Source: a virus (lineage: Duplodnaviria; Caudoviricetes). Taken from it: DNA of 64,000 nt. Shown piece by piece: positions 46,848-56,714 of the stretch. The stretch is from positions 128,001 to 192,000 of the IMG/VR virus record IMGVR_UViG_3300029288_000056; one strand, written 5' to 3'. The notes under the pieces were generated by a model. It ran no database searches and was not told the origin of the DNA. It saw only the letters and a list, made by a program, of their open reading frames with translations. Positions within the stretch are counted from its first letter, which is position 1; every line of letters starts with the position of its first letter. Made by a program: the position numbers and the translations under genes.

Positions 46848-46933
46848 TGCCGGAGGCGAGAGTCGAACTCGCACGCCCTTGCGGGCACTTGCTTCTAAGG
46901 CAAGCGGGTCTGCCTAAGTTCCCCCACTCCGGC
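46848..46933 (-). tRNA. tRNA-Leu(TAG)
   Basis: GCCGGAG/CTCCGGC, A73, CTTGC-CTTAGAA-GCAAG. Confidence 0.92.
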
Positions 46934-47402
46934 ATTTCTTTCCAGCGCCACTATTATTGGGTTCTAATGCGTGGCAATTTGGGCATAAAATTTCTAAATT
47001 TTCCAATCTATTATCACTAGCTACACCATTTTTATGATGTATTTCCAGTGGAATATTTCTTCCCATCCAGTTATCTAATCCACATAATTCGCATTTTCTT
47101 TCTTTTAATCCGTCCTCAAAAAGTTTGTTTTTAAGTTTATAAGAGCTAACACAACTAGATGTTTCTATATAACATAACGCACTCATTTTATGGGGAGACG
47201 TATACCCTTTATGCCCCATATTCCCGGCATAAACTATTCCAAGTCTTTTAAGATGAGAATTTAAAGTAATTGGTCTACAATTAAATTCCACACACATAGA
47301 CGCCTTACTTCTATTCTCTGCTACCCACTGTTTTATTTCGTCTGCTCTTTCTAAAATATCAGTTCTCAAATATCTATTCCTTTTTAAGCTTGCCATCCAC
47401 AA
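46914..47402 (-). CDS. HNH homing endonuclease
   Basis: CELCG..W.G..IPLE.HHKNG..DNRLENL.LCPNCH; stop codon inside the tRNA. Confidence 0.9.
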   Translation of the reverse strand: MWMASLKRNRYLRTDILERADEIKQWVAENRSKASMCVEFNCRPITLNSHLKRLGIVYAGNMGHKGYTSPHKMSALCYIETSSCVSSYKLKNKLFEDGLKERKCELCGLDNWMGRNIPLEIHHKNGVASDNRLENLEILCPNCHALEPNNSGAGKKCRSGGT

Positions 47403-47781
47403 GTCTCCCTAACTCTGCGGCCACCGCTAAGTCGTCCGATTTAACATACATATTCATAATGTCGCGGATCCTAATCGCGTCTTCCTTCCGTACAATCAGT
47501 TCGTAATCAACCATATGGTACTTGCGGTGATTCCACACGTATTTGATGGCTTCCCAAATTCTTTTAAAAACTCCGTCGTTCTCAATCGTTTGCATCCTAA
47601 CGATTGGCTCGTCAACAACTTGCCAACCACTCTCATAGGCTTTCTTCTCGTATTCTATGATCATTGCATGGCCTGTATCATAACAAGCACACCAAATCGT
47701 CTCGCGCACATACTCGGTCTCACCCGGAGATTCTGGTGTTCCGTCCGACAACAGGCCGTTAGGTTCAGTTCTTATTTCCAC
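47374..47781 (-). CDS. hypothetical protein
   Basis: Coupled ORF. Confidence 0.6.
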   Translation of the reverse strand: MEIRTEPNGLLSDGTPESPGETEYVRETIWCACYDTGHAMIIEYEKKAYESGWQVVDEPIVRMQTIENDGVFKRIWEAIKYVWNHRKYHMVDYELIVRKEDAIRIRDIMNMYVKSDDLAVAAELGRLVDGKLKKE

Positions 47782-47947
47782 GACTCTCCCTTATTTTTTC
47801 TACTCTCGCTATAACTTCATCGTATTCGTCATCTTCAAATAAACTCATAATGCGATTCCATTCTGCAATACTGACGCCGAGCCGCTCAAGTGTGTCCTCT
47901 AACATGGCCCTCATCTCGTCTTTTTCTTTCCTAGTAAAACAACTCAT
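47765..47947 (-). CDS. hypothetical protein
   Basis: Coupled ORF. Confidence 0.55.
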   Translation of the reverse strand: MSCFTRKEKDEMRAMLEDTLERLGVSIAEWNRIMSLFEDDEYDEVIARVEKIRESRGNKN

Positions 47948-48294
47948 TTTACTACTCTAACATCGCCTAAACGATCTCCGCCATGTTCATAAATCTGGAA
48001 TCTTCCCTCGATATGAGATCCGACCGGTGCTCTCTCGATAACCCTGTCGTCGTACATCTCATAGTTACCGACCGTAGTCTTAATGTACCCACAATTAGTG
48101 CGATTAAAAAGTCCACCAGTATTCCAACTGAAGCGGGCCTCTAACACCGTACCTAAGTCTCGCCATTCATATACTGGCTCGGGCATGTTGCAGCCACCAC
48201 TTAAAGCAAAGATCCAAAGGCCGACGAATACAACCAATATAAGGATCGCAAATGCAACATTAAACACTTCGTCTAACATAGTCATCCTTTCCAA
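47944..48294 (-). CDS. membrane or lipoprotein-like protein, paralog of 56394..56714
   Basis: TM then GC; shared W.D.GTVL..TT.GNYE. Confidence 0.6.
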   Translation of the reverse strand: MERMTMLDEVFNVAFAILILVVFVGLWIFALSGGCNMPEPVYEWRDLGTVLEARFSWNTGGLFNRTNCGYIKTTVGNYEMYDDRVIERAPVGSHIEGRFQIYEHGGDRLGDVRVVK

Positions 48295-48341
48295 CTCGTA
48301 AGGATTACTTACAAGTTCAAAAACTAGTGTTGGTCAAGCTT

Positions 48342-48666
48342 TGGAAGCGCCGGGTACTGCCCCCGGGTCCGATAAAAGGCTCCTACAAAATTCACTCACA
48401 AGCTTAGCATCTACCTGATGCAAGGTACTAACTTTTTTGTTTTGCCACTTAATTTCGCAACAAGACCGTGGCCTTCTCATTGCTAGATTGTTTTCCGAGC
48501 GTTACTCCTGCCAACAATCAATTTCGGGTAACGCCCTAGTTTCAAGAACTAGGAAGTAGTTTTTAGGCTGCTTTTATTGTTCTGTCGGTTCTTTAACGAC
48601 CACTCCAACAGAAAGGTCGGCTTGCATTCTGTATCTCCATTCTACCGTCGAATCTGAGTCGCTCCC
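48342..48666 (-). ncRNA. ssrA: tmRNA
   Basis: GGGAGCG/CGCTTCC-A with G3:U, GATTCGAC, pk1-like region, resume context ATAAAA-GCA, GGAC plus T arm. Confidence 0.92.
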
Positions 48667-48683
48667 TTTTTAATTCTATAGAT

Positions 48684-48714
48684 AGTTTATCACACTTCTA
48701 CGCAAAAGTCAAGC
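48684..48714 (-). promoter_or_regulatory. conserved promoter driving tmRNA
   Basis: TTGACT-17-TAAACT, extended TG. Confidence 0.8.
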
Positions 48715-49344
48715 GTTATTTTCATTTAAAACAGAGTTTAATATCACAGTATTTTGAAATAAATATTCAAATTGCTCCTCTTTACCATAAGTTTTAAGAT
48801 GGCATTCTCTACATAATGTAATTCCATTGTTAACATCAAGTCTTAAATATGGATATTGAGTAAACCCCTTGATGTGATGTACCTGTATTTTTTTATTTGA
48901 GTAACATGATTGACAAATATAATAATCTCTCTTTCTAATCCAATATTGCCATCGCTGATATTCAAAACTTTTTCTAATTTGTTTTTCTTCTGGCGTAATA
49001 CCACCTTTCCAATTATGGTGATTTTTACCAGAATGTTTTTCTTTAACCCTCGAATCCATCCATGATTCTCTAACCCCATTTCTTGCATTTTCTATTTGTT
49101 CTTTTGTTAAAATCCTCCCTTTTAATGTATCACTTATTCTTTTACGAGTTTCTTCAGAAACTATTCTATCCTTTGCTATTTTACCAATCTTTTCGCGGGT
49201 TTCTGGTGTATGTTTTCTGCCCAAATGCCATTCTCTATTCTTTTGTTTTGTTTCTGGCGATTGATGTTTACCCCTATTACTATGCCCATTAATAAATCTT
49301 CTCCCGGGTTTTGCATCTTCTCCACACCCGCATTCGCACTTCAT
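48709..49344 (-). CDS. NUMOD3 plus HNH homing endonuclease
   Basis: C.CGCG, H(S/T)PET..K repeats, NWKGG, RD..CQ, VHHI..NGITLC..CH. Confidence 0.9.
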   Translation of the reverse strand: MKCECGCGEDAKPGRRFINGHSNRGKHQSPETKQKNREWHLGRKHTPETREKIGKIAKDRIVSEETRKRISDTLKGRILTKEQIENARNGVRESWMDSRVKEKHSGKNHHNWKGGITPEEKQIRKSFEYQRWQYWIRKRDYYICQSCYSNKKIQVHHIKGFTQYPYLRLDVNNGITLCRECHLKTYGKEEQFEYLFQNTVILNSVLNENNA

Positions 49345-49958
49345 TTATACATTGCCCTTATGGTTCCCAGAGTTGTTGTTTCTATATTAGAATTACCCGC
49401 ATTGGTTATTAAGGCGCGAGCAGTTCCTTTTCCATAATTAGGATGCTCCCAACCATCCCCTATATTTGCCCAATCATAAGGGCCGAAACCGGTATTATCC
49501 ACACCAAAAGCATCACAGTTTGGATAATCATACAAGAAACAAATGCCAATTAAAAATTTCCCAGAACATCCTATGGTTAAATTAAACTGAGGTTCAATAA
49601 CTTGTGTAATCCAATTACCACCAATATTTGGATTGTATATCAACTGTCCATTAATTGGCCAAATTATATCTGTAGGCACATTATTAATTACATTCCAACA
49701 ACCAACGCTAAAGCCCTGATAAGTGCTGTCGGGCCAACCCTGTGACCAAACATAATACTTGATGCCCTCAAGATACCAATTGGGAATTTCGTCTTCAACT
49801 GGTGGAACATCATATTGGTCGCCAACATATGAATTACTACCAACCATCGGGAACCAAGCATTGGCAATATTACCGTTATCTCGCGATAATTCACCTTCGA
49901 TTAAATATCCAAAACTTAATCCAATTATCATTAGTACTAATATTATAATCTTTTTCAT
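49341..49958 (-). CDS. secreted protein with a C-terminal sorting-like motif
   Basis: Signal peptide; C-terminus IETTTLGTIRAMYK. Confidence 0.65.
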   Translation of the reverse strand: MKKIIILVLMIIGLSFGYLIEGELSRDNGNIANAWFPMVGSNSYVGDQYDVPPVEDEIPNWYLEGIKYYVWSQGWPDSTYQGFSVGCWNVINNVPTDIIWPINGQLIYNPNIGGNWITQVIEPQFNLTIGCSGKFLIGICFLYDYPNCDAFGVDNTGFGPYDWANIGDGWEHPNYGKGTARALITNAGNSNIETTTLGTIRAMYK

Positions 49959-49967
49959 TCTCTCTCC

Positions 49968-50156
49968 TTAATATTCATCTTCGTCCTTCTTGTTTCTTTC
50001 TCTCCACTCACCGTATTCAGATTGTGAAATCATCGCCCCTGTAACCAGAAGCACACCTAAGAACCACAATGAATCCCAACCCACCGAAAAATGAACACAT
50101 CCTATACCAGTCCACAAAACGATTGAGTTGATAACTACCCACCACCAACGTTTCAT
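49968..50156 (-). CDS. small membrane protein
   Basis: Two TM segments, RBS. Confidence 0.6.
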   Translation of the reverse strand: MKRWWWVVINSIVLWTGIGCVHFSVGWDSLWFLGVLLVTGAMISQSEYGEWRERNKKDEDEY

Positions 50157-50169
50157 CTTTCCTCCTTTT

Positions 50170-50251
50170 TTGCCCCGAAGGGAGTTGAACCCTTATGCCC
50201 GAAGGCACTGCGTTTTGAGCGCAGCACGTCTTCCAATTTCGTCACAGGGCA
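50170..50251 (-). tRNA. tRNA-Leu(CAA)
   Basis: TGCCCTG/CGGGGCA, A73, CTGCG-CTCAAAA-CGCAG. Confidence 0.88.
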
Positions 50252-50592
50252 CTAAACTAGAATTATTCTAAAATGTTCTATCGCATGCTTAGCGAATACG
50301 TTGGCCGCCTTTACCACATGGCTTCCAAAAGGGACCGCTATGTCGATATTCGCGTCATAGATCAGCCATCCTACCATCAATGCGACGATTATGGCCGCTA
50401 AAGCGATAAGTCTTTTCACTTTTCCTCTTTCTCGATGCGATCCATTATGGTCAGCACATTCTTATAGGCGTCTTCGCTGTCTGATTGAAGGAAGGACTTA
50501 TCCCAAAATTTTATCGATGATGTCTCTCCTATCAGCTTTTTCAACTCATCCCTCAATGCTGTCCACTTATCCATAGTTATCACCTCAAAGAG

Positions 50593-50622
50593 ATTGTAAC
50601 ATACTTATCCTAAAAGTCAAGC
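50593..50622 (-). promoter_or_regulatory. conserved phage promoter
   Basis: TTGACT-16-TACAAT, extended TG. Confidence 0.75.
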
Positions 50623-50805
50623 GTTTTCTTCTCGGCTGTCCATTATCGTCAGTTCCGCGTCCACGGCGCTACACCCTTTGCATTGGTATTCTTTCTTAAC
50701 GGCGGGGTTTGGATGCTCGTCACTCAAGGCGCACGGGACCTTCAGTACGTACTGGTGGAACCCCAGTCTCTCGCAGTAATGATTTTTTATTTTTCTCAGT
50801 TGCAT
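50617..50805 (-). CDS. hypothetical protein
   Basis: Coupled to nrdJ. Confidence 0.55.
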   Translation of the reverse strand: MQLRKIKNHYCERLGFHQYVLKVPCALSDEHPNPAVKKEYQCKGCSAVDAELTIMDSREENA

Positions 50806-53015
50806 TTGCTATATCCGCAATCAAGACATCGCCAGCATCCAGAATCACTTTGCATCTTTTTACCGCATTCTGGACAGACTTCACCCTGACCGATCTCTTC
50901 CCTCTCTACTTCAAGATCGAGATGCTCAACAATGAGCCTTCCTATCGCGTCAGGGCAGCTTAAAATCTGCTTACCTTCGTACCAACAAGGCTTCGGACAG
51001 ATCAGCCCCAAACTCATATTGGCGATTTCTTTCGGTGAGACCCCCGCTCGGATGGCAGTCGAGATGATTCGTCCGCCCCATTCCAAGAACGTCTTGATAC
51101 AGTCGCCGGACTTCCCGAGTTGGGCGAATACCTCACACAGACCTTGCTCGTCGGAGTTCATTGTAACGTACAGATTTCCGCAAGCCGTTGTGACTTTTGG
51201 TGTAACACCGACAAGGACATCAGGTCGAGGTCGTGGCATAAAACCGTTGGCCGACATAACGACGGACTTCTCCTCTGCACCCTTACCTAAAGTGAGTACT
51301 TGTTCGAGCCTACTTCCGTCACGATAGACGGTTATACCTTTGCACCCCGACTTAAAAGCGGTTAGGTACGCGTTGTAAACATCGTCTCGTGTAGCCTCGT
51401 TAGGAAAGTTGATCGTCTTAGAAACGGCGTTGTGCGTATACAATTGAAAGGCCGCTTGCATCTTAATGTGCCACTCGTAGTCAACGTCAAACGTCGTAAG
51501 GAACACAGCCTTAACGTCCTCTGGGATCCCTTCAATGTCTTTAAGACTGCCTTTCCTCTTTACTTCTTCAATCATTTCTTCAGAATAGAATCCCCGCTCC
51601 TTAGCTACTTGTTCAAAGAACGGATTAACAATCGTAAACGTCCTGTCAAGGATATGTCTGTCGTACGCCAAGGAGAAGTACGGCTCAATTCCAGAGGAGC
51701 AGCCCATAATCGTGCTGATCGTACCGGTTGGGGCAATCGTAGTTAAGGTTGCGTTTCTCATGGGAATATCGTAAGTACTATTATCATAATTCATTTGGTT
51801 AATTTCAAAATAAATAGACTTATCCCAGTTCTCAAAACATCCTTTCTTTTCGGCTATCTCGGAGCTCTTCTTACTGGCCATGTCTGTAATCCGCTCCATT
51901 AAATTCTTAGCCAGACTGACCGCCTGTTCGCTATTATACGGAATCCCGAGCTTAACTAACATATCGGCCCAGCCCATTACGCCAAGACCGATCTTACGGT
52001 TAGCTACCGTTTTTTCCTCTATTGCGGGCAATGGGTAGTGGTTCGCATCAATAACATTATCTAGGAAGCAAACTGATAGTTCAACGACCTGCTTAAGTCT
52101 GTTCCAATCAACCGTTCCGTTAGACACGAAGTTAGAAAGGTTGATGCTGCCAAGGTTACATGACTCATGGGGTAGGAGAGGCTGTTCGCCGCAAGGATTT
52201 GTTGCTTCTATTCTTCCTAACGAAATCAGTGGGTTAGAGTTGTTAATTGTGTCAATAAATACAACGCCCGGCTCCCCATTGTTCCAAGCTGAGTCAACGA
52301 TCATATCGAACAACTTGCGTGCGGGTATACTTCCGCACTCCTGCCCGTTTCTGGGATTTATGAAATTCCACTCTAAGTCGTCCTCAACGCACTTCATAAA
52401 ATGATCCGATATTGCGACCGAGATGTTGAAATTTTTAAACGATCCTTCTTCTTTTTTACAATTTATGAATTCTACAATGTTCGGGTGAGAGACGTTGAGA
52501 ATACCCATGCACGCTCCGCGTCTACTTCCGCCCTGTTTTACGACGTCAGTGGCGGCGTCAAACACTTTCATGAATGAGATCGGCCCTGAGCTTACTCCCT
52601 TCGTACTGCTGACCACGTCGCTGCTGGGACGAAGTCTCGAAAAGGAGAAACCAGTTCCACCACCCGCCTTTTGAATAAGAGATGAGTCTTTCACGGCGTC
52701 AAAGATGCTTTCCATGTTATCTTCTACTGGTAATACGAAGCATGCCGAAAGCATACCGTTTCTCTTACCGGCGTTAAAAAGGGTGGGTGAGTTCGGGCAG
52801 AAGTCTCCGTCGCTCATTATCTCATAGAACCGATCCTCTAGTTCTTTAATTTCCTCTTCGGTTGCATCGTACTCCGACTCTACCGCCGCGATTGCGCGCG
52901 CAACTCTTCGCCACATCTCGGATGGTGTCTCAATGAGATTACCGTGCTCGTCCTTTCGCAGGTACCGTTTGTTGAGGATAGTGAGTGATGTTTGATCTAA
53001 AACAAGTTTATCCAT
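50796..53015 (-). CDS. nrdJ: class II (B12-dependent) ribonucleotide reductase with TSCPD domain
   Basis: PNSPTL.NAG, TNPCGEQPL..ESCNLGS, TIAPTG, SCPD, C-terminal zinc ribbon. Confidence 0.95.
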   Translation of the reverse strand: MDKLVLDQTSLTILNKRYLRKDEHGNLIETPSEMWRRVARAIAAVESEYDATEEEIKELEDRFYEIMSDGDFCPNSPTLFNAGKRNGMLSACFVLPVEDNMESIFDAVKDSSLIQKAGGGTGFSFSRLRPSSDVVSSTKGVSSGPISFMKVFDAATDVVKQGGSRRGACMGILNVSHPNIVEFINCKKEEGSFKNFNISVAISDHFMKCVEDDLEWNFINPRNGQECGSIPARKLFDMIVDSAWNNGEPGVVFIDTINNSNPLISLGRIEATNPCGEQPLLPHESCNLGSINLSNFVSNGTVDWNRLKQVVELSVCFLDNVIDANHYPLPAIEEKTVANRKIGLGVMGWADMLVKLGIPYNSEQAVSLAKNLMERITDMASKKSSEIAEKKGCFENWDKSIYFEINQMNYDNSTYDIPMRNATLTTIAPTGTISTIMGCSSGIEPYFSLAYDRHILDRTFTIVNPFFEQVAKERGFYSEEMIEEVKRKGSLKDIEGIPEDVKAVFLTTFDVDYEWHIKMQAAFQLYTHNAVSKTINFPNEATRDDVYNAYLTAFKSGCKGITVYRDGSRLEQVLTLGKGAEEKSVVMSANGFMPRPRPDVLVGVTPKVTTACGNLYVTMNSDEQGLCEVFAQLGKSGDCIKTFLEWGGRIISTAIRAGVSPKEIANMSLGLICPKPCWYEGKQILSCPDAIGRLIVEHLDLEVEREEIGQGEVCPECGKKMQSDSGCWRCLDCGYSKCN

Positions 53016-53411
53016 TTAAAAATCCTTTATCCAATCTATAGGAATAGGGTTAAATTCGTTGTAATGAAAAATATGTATGTTTTCTATATACCAAAAACGC
53101 TGTGAGTCTTCATTCTGGCTTACTAACATTATGTTCAGTCGCATAACGACGTCGTTGTTGGTGTTGTTTTTAAGGCTCCATTCGTCATACTCTGCTATCG
53201 CTTCGTATCCACTCAAATTAAGATCAGCATAAACACCATCTCCCCTTACTTCAACTACGTTTAATTCACCTATCTCTGTCTCTACTATCTTTTCTAATTC
53301 GTAACGTGTGTAAATTATCTTCGCCATCACAAAATCCGCATCGTAGTTATTAACGGCTTCTATAAGCCGCTCCTCATACTCTGCACCACGGAATTTATAT
53401 ACGACAGTCAT
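53016..53411 (-). CDS. hypothetical protein, tandem family
   Basis: IGELNVVEVRGDGVYADLNL. Confidence 0.6.
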   Translation of the reverse strand: MTVVYKFRGAEYEERLIEAVNNYDADFVMAKIIYTRYELEKIVETEIGELNVVEVRGDGVYADLNLSGYEAIAEYDEWSLKNNTNNDVVMRLNIMLVSQNEDSQRFWYIENIHIFHYNEFNPIPIDWIKDF

Positions 53412-53752
53412 TAACGGTGAAATACATTAGGACTATAAAGATATACCGACTCTGGATAATGTATAGTCTTACTACCCGTTTCGTCAGTTACGATCTTTGT
53501 GCTAATAATTAATCTAGCTTCGGATACCTTGGTAAAATTGAAACTCTCAACAAGGTTTATTTCGGCGTATATGATGTTATTCTCTACATACAAAGACGTA
53601 ACATGCCCAACATCGTCGTATTTAAAATCACAATCATCCAAACTAACAAAGACGGCCTTAATAGCTAAGACGTTAAAGTTACTGACCGCGGTTAAGAACG
53701 TACCTCTCGATAGTATAGGTATGTCATCTAAGTTACAGACCTTAAAAATCAT
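53411..53752 (-). CDS. hypothetical protein, tandem family
   Basis: VGHVTSLYVENNIIYAEINL. Confidence 0.6.
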   Translation of the reverse strand: MIFKVCNLDDIPILSRGTFLTAVSNFNVLAIKAVFVSLDDCDFKYDDVGHVTSLYVENNIIYAEINLVESFNFTKVSEARLIISTKIVTDETGSKTIHYPESVYLYSPNVFHR

Positions 53753-54081
53753 TACGCCTCCATTAAGAAGATAAAATCAATATAATCTATTATGTTTCCC
53801 TCGTGCGTCGCCTTAAGTAGTTTGTAAGTGAAGTGAGCAACCTTTAAGTTCTCACTCTTCATCTTATTAAAGGCAGTATCGTTCACATCAAGTGTAACAT
53901 ACACTCTAACGTCTACAGTCCTAATATTACTAACTACACCAAAAAATGATGCTCGCTTTTCTTTGTCTTGATAAAAGACGGGAATGTTATACAACTTCAG
54001 CTCGGAATTCTCGATAGCCTGCTTAAACGCGGCATCCTCGTCCGTCAAGACGCCCAATTGAAATTCTTTAATAAGAGCCAT
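53752..54081 (-). CDS. hypothetical protein, tandem family
   Basis: IPV..FGVVSNIRTVDVRVYVTL; start reset to MALIKEF. Confidence 0.6.
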   Translation of the reverse strand: MALIKEFQLGVLTDEDAAFKQAIENSELKLYNIPVFYQDKEKRASFFGVVSNIRTVDVRVYVTLDVNDTAFNKMKSENLKVAHFTYKLLKATHEGNIIDYIDFIFLMEA

Positions 54082-54379
54082 ATTCCACCTCAATGTTTGG
54101 TATAACCCACATTCCCCATTCGAACTGCTCGTTAGGGAAGACAAACTCTAGTGTGTCTTTCATTGCTAGCGCGTTTTTAGACCACTCGTTAATTGGGATC
54201 GGTATTCGAGTGGCCGTATCATCAAGAGGAAAGGTCTGGATAAACCCAATATACCTTTCACCGTTTGTGTCCTGCATACAATTAACCGGTATCTGTATGA
54301 TACCGCTGTCGATTATCTCTCTCATTGTGAGAGTCGTTCTTGCACCAAAGACTACACTGCAATTAATGTTGATTATCAT
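54068..54379 (-). CDS. hypothetical protein
   Basis: IPV....YIG; coupled to clpX. Confidence 0.55.
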   Translation of the reverse strand: MIININCSVVFGARTTLTMREIIDSGIIQIPVNCMQDTNGERYIGFIQTFPLDDTATRIPIPINEWSKNALAMKDTLEFVFPNEQFEWGMWVIPNIEVEYGSY

Positions 54380-55578
54380 GCAGCTTTTTCTATCATTGGA
54401 CCATCAACGACGAAGTTCGTTTGTGAAGTGTTGGGCAGGTCGTAAATCCAATTCACAAGGACCCTCTCAAGTATTGATCTCAAACCACGTGCTCCTGTGT
54501 TTCGTTCAACTGCTTCCTCTGCAATCATTTGCAGTGCTTTGTCTCTAAATTCCAGCTTTTTACCCTCACTAGCAAATAGCCATTGATACTGCTTGACCAA
54601 TGCGTTCTTAGGTTCGGTCAAGATTTGTATCAACTCATCGCGGCTTAGTTTGTTAGTCGAGGTTATAATCGGAAGCCGGCCTATCAACTCCGGTATAAGT
54701 CCGAAGCTATGAAGATCGTCCGGCTCCAGTTGAGTTATAAGCTCATTAAAGTCGTCGCCTTTCTTGGGCGCGAGTTTGGAACCGAACCCGATAACCGTTT
54801 CTTTGCAGACTCGTTTTTTAATGACGTCTTCAATCCCTTCAAAACTGCCGCCGCAGATAAACAAGATCTTGCTGGTGTCGATCTGAATACACTCTTGTTG
54901 TGGGTGTTTACGCCCACCTTGAGGTGGAACACTTGCAATCGTCCCCTCTAATATCTTTAACAACGCCTGCTGCACACCTTCCCCTGAAACATCACGAGTA
55001 ATAGAGGCGTTTTCCCCTTTGCGACCGATCTTGTCAATTTCGTCTATGTAGATGATTCCCTTCTCTGCCCGATCAATGTCATAATCGGCGTTCTGGATAA
55101 GTCTGACTAGAACGTTTTCAACGTCGTCACCAACGTAGCCCGCCTCAGTAAGGGTCGTAGCGTCGGCGATTGCGAAAGGAACGTTCAATTTCTTTGCGAG
55201 GCACTGAGCTATCAGAGTCTTGCCTGTCCCTGTAGGACCAGTGATTAAGACGTTGGATTTTTCACATTCGATATCCTCAAACCCTTCAACTACGGGAGAG
55301 AGAATGTGTTTGTAGTGTTTGAATACGGCGACGGCCACATCTCGCTTTGCTCTTTCTTGACCGATAACGTACTGATTGAGGTACTCATGAATAGCGCGAG
55401 GAGTAAAGTCGTCACCTATCTCAATAGTAGTCTCGTCTTTCTTGGTGAATCTCTTTCTTAATTCCACTTCACCTAAAACCATCATGTCATTAAAACAATG
55501 TCCACAATAAAGGCCTAGGGGTGTAGACACTTCTACTGGCTCTTGGTTGCAAATACTGCATAAAATTTTTTCGCTCAC
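54376..55578 (-). CDS. clpX: ATP-dependent Clp protease ATPase subunit ClpX
   Basis: Zinc finger, [26 protein letters not shown] loop, IGF loop, GARGLR. Confidence 0.95.
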   Translation of the reverse strand: MSEKILCSICNQEPVEVSTPLGLYCGHCFNDMMVLGEVELRKRFTKKDETTIEIGDDFTPRAIHEYLNQYVIGQERAKRDVAVAVFKHYKHILSPVVEGFEDIECEKSNVLITGPTGTGKTLIAQCLAKKLNVPFAIADATTLTEAGYVGDDVENVLVRLIQNADYDIDRAEKGIIYIDEIDKIGRKGENASITRDVSGEGVQQALLKILEGTIASVPPQGGRKHPQQECIQIDTSKILFICGGSFEGIEDVIKKRVCKETVIGFGSKLAPKKGDDFNELITQLEPDDLHSFGLIPELIGRLPIITSTNKLSRDELIQILTEPKNALVKQYQWLFASEGKKLEFRDKALQMIAEEAVERNTGARGLRSILERVLVNWIYDLPNTSQTNFVVDGPMIEKAA

Positions 55579-55586
55579 ACAACCTC

Positions 55587-56222
55587 CTAAGTTGCTATTA
55601 TCTTACAGTTCATTTTAATACATTGGATTATTTCGCCCGATGTATTAAACTCGCTATTCTCATTCTCATACATTGTAACATAAAAACCTAAGGAAGTCAA
55701 GCGCGAAATTAGGTCTTTTCCGTGTCTTCTTAAATGATCATTCTGCACTAAAAGGTTGGCCTTCTCGTCTTCTGTTGCATTTTCTCTTTCAATAGTATGG
55801 TCAATCAATGGCGGTAACTGTAACAAAAGAACCCCATCATGTCTCAAGACTCTAAAGATCTCCGTCAGTGCCACATCGTCATCTTTCACATGCTCTAAGA
55901 CATGGCTGCAAATAACTATATCAAAAGTGTCAGATGCGCATGTAAGGTACTCTAAATCCATTACAAAGTCTAACCCCTTGTACTTCCTCACATCAACAGA
56001 GATAACTTCTATGTTTGTCATTGCCCTGATATTTTGGAGAAGCGGAATGAACGGCGCAATGTGAAGTACAGTAAAGTGTCTCTTCTTTGATAGACCTTGC
56101 AAAAACAACCATAAAAGCCGTTGTCTTTCTAGTGAGCCACAATGAGGACAGCGAGCATTAGGCCTAGCGCCCTGCTCCAACCACTTGTCCACTTTCTCGT
56201 TACAAATTGGACACTTCATCAT
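55587..56222 (-). CDS. class I SAM-dependent methyltransferase
   Basis: [24 protein letters not shown]. Confidence 0.85.
   Translation of the reverse strand: MMKCPICNEKVDKWLEQGARPNARCPHCGSLERQRLLWLFLQGLSKKRHFTVLHIAPFIPLLQNIRAMTNIEVISVDVRKYKGLDFVMDLEYLTCASDTFDIVICSHVLEHVKDDDVALTEIFRVLRHDGVLLLQLPPLIDHTIERENATEDEKANLLVQNDHLRRHGKDLISRLTSLGFYVTMYENENSEFNTSGEIIQCIKMNCKIIAT
55672..55702 (-). promoter_or_regulatory. gene-internal promoter upstream of clpX
   Basis: TTGACT-17-TACAAT, extended TG. Confidence 0.7.
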
Positions 56223-56397
56223 TCTTAACTTTCGTAAACTTTTGCCACTTCAGGTCGGGGAACTTCATGCCATGCCCGTCGCAAAGTACGGCTTGGCTAA
56301 CCGAAGCATCGTACCACTTTGCAGCTTCCTCACCTTCAAGAATCAGGATGGTCCCGTCTTCGAAATCAAGTTGAACTCTAACGGTTTTAGCGTTCAT
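56200..56397 (-). CDS. hypothetical protein
   Basis: Coupled ORF. Confidence 0.6.
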   Translation of the reverse strand: MNAKTVRVQLDFEDGTILILEGEEAAKWYDASVSQAVLCDGHGMKFPDLKWQKFTKVKNDEVSNL

Positions 56398-56714
56398 TTT
56401 ATCTCCTCTATATCGGTTAACTGGATTCCTCGAAAACGTTCTTCGGTTAAAACTTTTCCTTTATAGTGATGCCCAACAATGATATGATTTAAGATCTGTT
56501 TATCATCCCTACCGTACATAACCTCATAATTACCCGAGGTGGTGATAATTGTATAGGTATATTCAGATGTTGAGATTTGCAATACCGTCCCAATGTCTTG
56601 CCATTTCCCCAATGTAGAGTTAAGCGGATGGCCTTCACACCCTATCAGAAGATTAGTGGCCATAAACATATAGAGGCCAGCTAAGAATATTGGAACGATT
56701 TTAAAGCCTTTCAT
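56394..56714 (-). CDS. lipoprotein-like protein
   Basis: LIGC lipobox-like; paralog of 47944..48294. Confidence 0.6.
   Translation of the reverse strand: MKGFKIVPIFLAGLYMFMATNLLIGCEGHPLNSTLGKWQDIGTVLQISTSEYTYTIITTSGNYEVMYGRDDKQILNHIIVGHHYKGKVLTEERFRGIQLTDIEEIK

Noticed and set aside
11771-46874. N-terminal extensions of ORFs 11771..12076, 43751..44158, 45181..45630 and 46371..46874
   Set aside because: The extensions overlap tRNA genes; downstream ATGs have proper RBSs
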